Shown here: positions 59,174 through 64,000 of the stretch, piece by piece
How the letters are laid out: each line of letters begins with the position of its first letter
How positions within the stretch are numbered: position 1 is the stretch's first letter
IMG/VR virus record: IMGVR_UViG_3300034021_000300
Location: 30,186 to 94,185 of that record
From: a virus
Lineage: Duplodnaviria; Caudoviricetes
DNA: 64,000 nucleotides
Strand: one strand, 5' to 3'
Program-made: the position numbers and the translations under genes
The notes under the pieces: model-generated
What the model was told of the DNA's origin: nothing
Databases searched by the model: none
Seen by the model: only the letters and a program-made list of their open reading frames with translations

Positions 59174-62100
59174 ATGCGCCCACCAATAAATCCATTTCTT
59201 CAAAAATTAGCCAGTTCTATAGGCAGCCAAGAATTAACAGTTCCTACTACAAAAGCACAAATAGCAGATGCAGATAGTTATCAAACAAGGTTTGACCCTT
59301 TAGGTGGAGTAAACTTTGAGGCCCAACAAAATTGGGATGATATTAGAGCCGCAAATCAAGGTACTTTAGACAAATGGGCTAATGGTACAGTACGTGCTTT
59401 AGGTACAGCAATAGGCAGTGCTTCAGAGATTATATCAGCGCCTTTAGATTTAACTATAGGTGTTATAAATGGAGATATGGCTAGTGGCCCTGTTGGAGAG
59501 TTGTTTAGTGATTTAAATGAATCTCTTGCAGAAGCTGCTCCTATATACTATACTAAGGCTCAACAAGAAATGGGCTTTTTAGAATCTTTAGGTACAACTA
59601 ACTTTTGGGCTGATAAAGCTCTTAATGGTGCTGGATATTTAGCAGGGGCTTATTTTGGTGGTAGAGGGTTAGGAATGTTATTCAAAACTTTAGGTAAAGG
59701 AGCTAAAGCTGCTAGTACTTTAAATAAAGTAGGATTAGGTACAGAAGCTGTTGCATTAGGACAACAAGGTAGTAAGTTAGCTAAATTTGCTAATCCTGCT
59801 AAACAGTTAGCTATGGCTGGATTTATGGCACATGGTGAAGCAGCAGTAGAAGCTAGAGATGTACGTGATACAATGTTTGACGATCTAGTAGCTAAAAGAA
59901 ACGCAGGAGATCCATTTTTAGCAGGTAAAACTGATGAAGAACTAATGGATATATCTGTAGCAACAGGTAATACTACATACGCTTTTAATTTGCCTATAAT
60001 AGCAGGTTCTGATGTAGCTTTATTTGGTAAAGCATTATTTCCTGATTTACGTCAAACAAGGAAAGTATTAAATACAGCAGGTAAATTAGGAGAAGCTACA
60101 GCAGTAGAGGGTTCTAAACTACTAGGAATAGCTAAAGATTTTGGTAAAGGCTTTCTTACAGAAGGTGGACAAGAGCTAGCTCAATTAGGTGTTTCAGAAG
60201 GAACAAAGAAATTTTACTTAGGACAATACTCTAATAGCGCTAGAGAGTACAGTAACTTAGTTTCATCTATTGTAGGAGAAACTATAAATAACCTTGGTAC
60301 TAAGGAAGGTTTAGAATCTATATTCCTTGGTGGTATATTAGGTGGGCCAACAAGTGTATTTACTTCAGAAAGGGGAGATAATAAAAAAGCAGCTGATGCT
60401 TATGCTACTTTTGAAAATTCAACTGTAGTACCTAGATTAAAAAGGCTATTTGATAACTCTGCACAAACAGCAGATGCTTCTGCTATGCAAGACCAGTACG
60501 CAGCAAAGAATAATAAGTTTGGTTTTAAGAATGAGGCTTATAATGTAGTTAAAGGACTTACTAAACAAGCTGAAGAAACAGGAGGTACTGATACTTTAAT
60601 AGATAGGTTTGAAGCTCTTAAAGGTACTGATGTAGAAGAATTTAAAAGAGTATTTGGTTATACAGAAGAACTTACAGAAACTGAAAGAGACAATAAAGTA
60701 GACCAATTAGTGGCTACTGTAAAAGATGTTTCTGAAAAACATAAACAGATAGTAGATAGAAATCCCCAATTAAACCCCGCTTTATACCCACAGAATAGAC
60801 CAGTATTTGATGCAATATTTGATGCTGTAACTAACTTTGAAGATATAGATAAAAGAGAAAATGATATAACTTCAAAGATACTAGGACTTACAGCAGGTCA
60901 AAAAATTACTAACATAGGTATTATACCAAGTGAAGTAGGGCCTATTTTAAATCAGTATATAGAAAATACTCCAGGAGTAGATTTTGATACCTTTCGTAAA
61001 TCAGATGCTTATAAAGAAAACTTTCAATCAAAGATTGATGACTTTAAAAAAGTAAATCCTGCTAAAGCTTCTGAAGTTCAAACTCTTGTAGATGATTTAA
61101 TTAAACTTTCTCTTCGCAGAGAAGAAATGATTAAGCAGTATAATGAAGCTATAGAACAACCTGAAAAAATACAGAAAGAAGCTGAAGCTGCCATTAAGAA
61201 AGTTAATGATGAAAAAGAAAGATTAAAAGCAGAAGCTGATGCACAAGCTGCTGAAGCCTTAAAAACTGCAACTGAAGCTACTCCACAACCTACTGTAAAT
61301 ACTCCTCAGCCTGCACAAACTCCTGAACAAATGTTGGGGGGTACAACAGAAGATGGCTTACAAATGAGTGCTTCTGAAAATGAAAGTGAATTAGAAAAAG
61401 TAGCAATTGAAATAGCAACTTTACAAGAAGACCTTAAATCTTATGAACCTGGTTCAGACATGTACAGTTTATATGAAGCGGCTTTACAAGAAGCAGAGGA
61501 AAAACAAAAAGCTTTAATTTCTAAAAAGAAAGAAACTGAAGAAGCTAGTAAAAAGAAAGAAGGTACAGCAGAAAAACAAGCTGTAGCAACTAAAACTATA
61601 TCTAGCGAAGATAAAGAATCTGTTGATGGAAATACTTTTACTAAATTAATATCTCCTAAAACAGAAGCTGCACAAAAGATAATTCAAACTACTCCTGTAC
61701 AAGAATTAATAAAAGGCATCAAAGTTATTATAAAAGAATATTCAAACTACAGAATAACAAGTAAGTATTTATTAGAGGGATCTCCCATAGTTATAAATGG
61801 AAGAAGGGTAGATTCTTATACAGTAGATAAAAATATAGATGGATCCATAGGTGGAATAGATGTAAAATTTGCAGACACTTCTACTCTTGATTATACAACA
61901 GCTGAAGCCCAAAAAGATTTAAATAAAACTTATATTGTAAGCAAAGAAGGAGGTATTTATGAAGTAGGTGCTGAAACTCCTGTATTAGTACAAAAAGCAA
62001 CTCAAAAAGAAAGTGTTAGTTATGTAGGAAGACCTATAAGTATTACATTTACTTATAATGGTGTAGAATTAGGCTACTTACCTAATGCTGATAAATTTAG

Positions 62101-64000
62101 AACTAAAGATGGTAGAGGTTGGAATGATTTAAATACTGACGAAAAATTAAATTTATTTAAAGCAAGAAAGGGTACTCTTACTTTACAGGATATTCAAGCC
62201 TTAAATATACAGCAACAAGAGCTTGCTAAAATACAACAACAACTAGAAAAACAGCCTTTTGGAGAGTACTCTTTACAAGACTTTCCATTCCTATCTATTA
62301 CTCCAAGTATGGGGGAATTTGATATAGCTTCTAAAGATACAGAGCCTTTATTAACTACTAAAATGCCTATAGCTAGGTCAGGAGGTAACCCCCTTATATA
62401 TGACCAAAATAAAGGTACATTTGTATATTCAAATGATACTCCCACAGCTTTAGATGCTGTTAAAACTATACCAGAAGGTATACAACAAAAACCAGGTGAG
62501 AAAAATAAAGTTGGTAATAGATACTTAGTATTACTTGAAAATGGTAATTGGGCTGTACTTGAACATAAAGAATTAACTTTAGCTGAATTTGAAACCGTAT
62601 TTAAAGAACTTCTTGACCTACAAAAAAGAATTAAAGAAGGTGAAAAAGTAGATAATGATACTTTAAATGAAATAAACGATAAAGTACAACAAGCTTATTA
62701 TGTAGCTCAAGGAGAGCCTACAAAAGATTACCTTGTAGCAAGACTATCAACTAAAGGTACATTTACTATACGAAATATAAACTATACTACAGGTAAAGAA
62801 AGTGGCAAACCTATTAAATCTGGTATACAAAAAATAGAAACTGTATATAACACTCTGTCTAAAGAAGGTACTATAAAAGGTAATGAAGAATCATTACGTT
62901 TAAAAGTAGGATTTAAAAATTCAGGGTTAAAAGTAAACTACAACAATGCTATACCTGAAGCAGCTCAACCAAAAGAAGCTGTAACTTCCGCAGAAGTAGA
63001 AGATAAAATAGCTGAATACAGAGCAGCGGAAGAAGAAGAAGTTAAAAAGATTATACCTAACATAGATGATTATAAAGTTGATGGTGTAATTAATAAAGAT
63101 AAGGTATTAGAAGGTATAGAAGAAAGGAAGCAAGAGGAATTAAAAAAAGCTGGGGGTACAAAACAAACACCTTCTTTTTATTTAGGGCTGCCAGTAGGAA
63201 GTAAAAAGTTTCTAAATGAAGATGTTAGTGTTAAGTTTAATAATCAAGAAAGTGTATATGAGTTTCATTATACTAATCCAGCAAAAACAAAAGCTACTTT
63301 TAAGGTAACAGACAACCCAAATTCCCATTTGTCAGCTATTCGTTCAAAGGACGTGGCAATAGAAACAGTAAGCACAGCTACCAATGCATTTAGAACAGAT
63401 GCAAAAAGGGTAAATACAATTGAAGAAGGAGAAGCTGAACTTATTGACGGATATTGGGTAGTAACTAAAAAAGCAAAAATAGAATACGGAGATGCGCCTT
63501 TAGATAAAACAAAAGCTATCAACGATAAATACAAAGCTGAAACAGATGCCTACAATGAAATATACGATAGGTATGATAAGCTAATAACAGGAGCTGCTAA
63601 AGGTACTTCTACTGAAGTTAGTGCAGATGCTAAAGCTGGTATAGAAAAAAGAAGGAAAGAAAACTTAGCAATTACAGATGATGTTTTTGATTATGTTTCT
63701 ACACAACCTCGTACAGATGGTAGATTTAATGCCTTTTATACTACAACCAAAGAAAGTGAAATTTTTGATACTTACCAAGAAGCAGTAGATTGGATTAATG
63801 CTAAATATGATGCAGAACTAGCTAGAGAACTTTACAAAGAAATAAAAGCTGGTAAATTGGTTACTGATATGACAGTAACTGAACAAGCTGTTGCTAATAA
63901 ATATATAACAGAAGAATTAAGAAAAAGTGTTGATGCAGAACTAGCTGCTTTAGAAACTAAAACAGAAGTTCCTGTTACTGAACAACCCACCAGTGTAAGA
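59174..64000 (+). CDS. giant virion protein (likely virion RNA polymerase or polyvalent cargo), 3'-truncated
   Basis: ATG at 59174; same frame open in the segments I translated up to the window end (>1600 aa); RAANQ..LDKWANG N-terminus; no catalytic DxDxD motif seen within the window. Confidence 0.7.
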   Translation, partial: MRPPINPFLQKLASSIGSQELTVPTTKAQIADADSYQTRFDPLGGVNFEAQQNWDDIRAANQGTLDKWANGTVRALGTAIGSASEIISAPLDLTIGVINGDMASGPVGELFSDLNESLAEAAPIYYTKAQQEMGFLESLGTTNFWADKALNGAGYLAGAYFGGRGLGMLFKTLGKGAKAASTLNKVGLGTEAVALGQQGSKLAKFANPAKQLAMAGFMAHGEAAVEARDVRDTMFDDLVAKRNAGDPFLAGKTDEELMDISVATGNTTYAFNLPIIAGSDVALFGKALFPDLRQTRKVLNTAGKLGEATAVEGSKLLGIAKDFGKGFLTEGGQELAQLGVSEGTKKFYLGQYSNSAREYSNLVSSIVGETINNLGTKEGLESIFLGGILGGPTSVFTSERGDNKKAADAYATFENSTVVPRLKRLFDNSAQTADASAMQDQYAAKNNKFGFKNEAYNVVKGLTKQAEETGGTDTLIDRFEALKGTDVEEFKRVFGYTEELTETERDNKVDQLVATVKDVSEKHKQIVDRNPQLNPALYPQNRPVFDAIFDAVTNFEDIDKRENDITSKILGLTAGQKITNIGIIPSEVGPILNQYIENTPGVDFDTFRKSDAYKENFQSKIDDFKKVNPAKASEVQTLVDDLIKLSLRREEMIKQYNEAIEQPEKIQKEAEAAIKKVNDEKERLKAEADAQAAEALKTATEATPQPTVNTPQPAQTPEQMLGGTTEDGLQMSASENESELEKVAIEIATLQEDLKSYEPGSDMYSLYEAALQEAEEKQKALISKKKETEEASKKKEGTAEKQAVATKTISSEDKESVDGNTFTKLISPKTEAAQKIIQTTPVQELIKGIKVIIKEYSNYRITSKYLLEGSPIVINGRRVDSYTVDKNIDGSIGGIDVKFADTSTLDYTTAEAQKDLNKTYIVSKEGGIYEVGAETPVLVQKATQKESVSYVGRPISITFTYNGVELGYLPNADKFRTKDGRGWNDLNTDEKLNLFKARKGTLTLQDIQALNIQQQELAKIQQQLEKQPFGEYSLQDFPFLSITPSMGEFDIASKDTEPLLTTKMPIARSGGNPLIYDQNKGTFVYSNDTPTALDAVKTIPEGIQQKPGEKNKVGNRYLVLLENGNWAVLEHKELTLAEFETVFKELLDLQKRIKEGEKVDNDTLNEINDKVQQAYYVAQGEPTKDYLVARLSTKGTFTIRNINYTTGKESGKPIKSGIQKIETVYNTLSKEGTIKGNEESLRLKVGFKNSGLKVNYNNAIPEAAQPKEAVTSAEVEDKIAEYRAAEEEEVKKIIPNIDDYKVDGVINKDKVLEGIEERKQEELKKAGGTKQTPSFYLGLPVGSKKFLNEDVSVKFNNQESVYEFHYTNPAKTKATFKVTDNPNSHLSAIRSKDVAIETVSTATNAFRTDAKRVNTIEEGEAELIDGYWVVTKKAKIEYGDAPLDKTKAINDKYKAETDAYNEIYDRYDKLITGAAKGTSTEVSADAKAGIEKRRKENLAITDDVFDYVSTQPRTDGRFNAFYTTTKESEIFDTYQEAVDWINAKYDAELARELYKEIKAGKLVTDMTVTEQAVANKYITEELRKSVDAELAALETKTEVPVTEQPTSVR

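Noticed and set aside
733-63534. Antisense or alternate-frame ORFs (e.g. 733..963, 2971..3192, 9609..9893, 16766..17005, 17891..18361, 28948..29139, 51643..52050, 63268..63534)
   Set aside because: They are mostly shadows of well-supported genes or lie in the switch region, most run against the arm's orientation, and none has recognisable motifs
1-64000. Stop-codon reassignment as in some Crassvirales
   Set aside because: Core genes are full length in the standard code with dense packing; TAG and TGA serve as real stops; no suppressor tRNA seen
1-64000. CRISPR array or diversity-generating retroelement
   Set aside because: No regularly spaced repeats, no reverse transcriptase and no TR/VR pair noticed

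Overview
This is a 64-kb, AT-rich fragment of a lytic crAss-like (Crassvirales-type) podophage, most likely infecting an environmental Bacteroidota host. The host inference rests on TAnnTTTG-like promoters, A-rich starts without Shine-Dalgarno sequences, and Bacteroidota-type GNVGIGT and Arm-DNA-binding domains. Two arms diverge from a G-run-rich switch region at about 16.85-17.05 kb. The left arm (minus strand) holds many small early/middle genes, a family A DNA polymerase, an SF2 helicase-like protein, a dNMP kinase, a tRNA-Arg(UCU) and structured intergenic spacers. The right arm (plus strand) holds a candidate structured ncRNA, groEL-groES, a Tad2/DUF2829-like protein, TerL, portal, a ferritin-like protein, scaffold, major capsid protein, ring/hub/fibre genes, lysis genes, muzzle, cargo proteins (split by a GIY-YIG endonuclease) and the start of a giant virion protein that runs off the window. 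The most notable signals are: (i) cargo proteins built of variable modules delimited by a repeated Phi-A-x-G-G motif; (ii) nested helix-bracketed modules in the giant protein; (iii) a ~250-nt promoter-led structured RNA upstream of groEL; (iv) a family of long-stem-closed RNA elements between early genes; (v) avoidance of GGWCC at every Gly-Pro pair I checked; (vi) a tRNA with a compensatory U19:A56 elbow pair. All calls come from reading the sequence by eye; no searches or folding programs were run.
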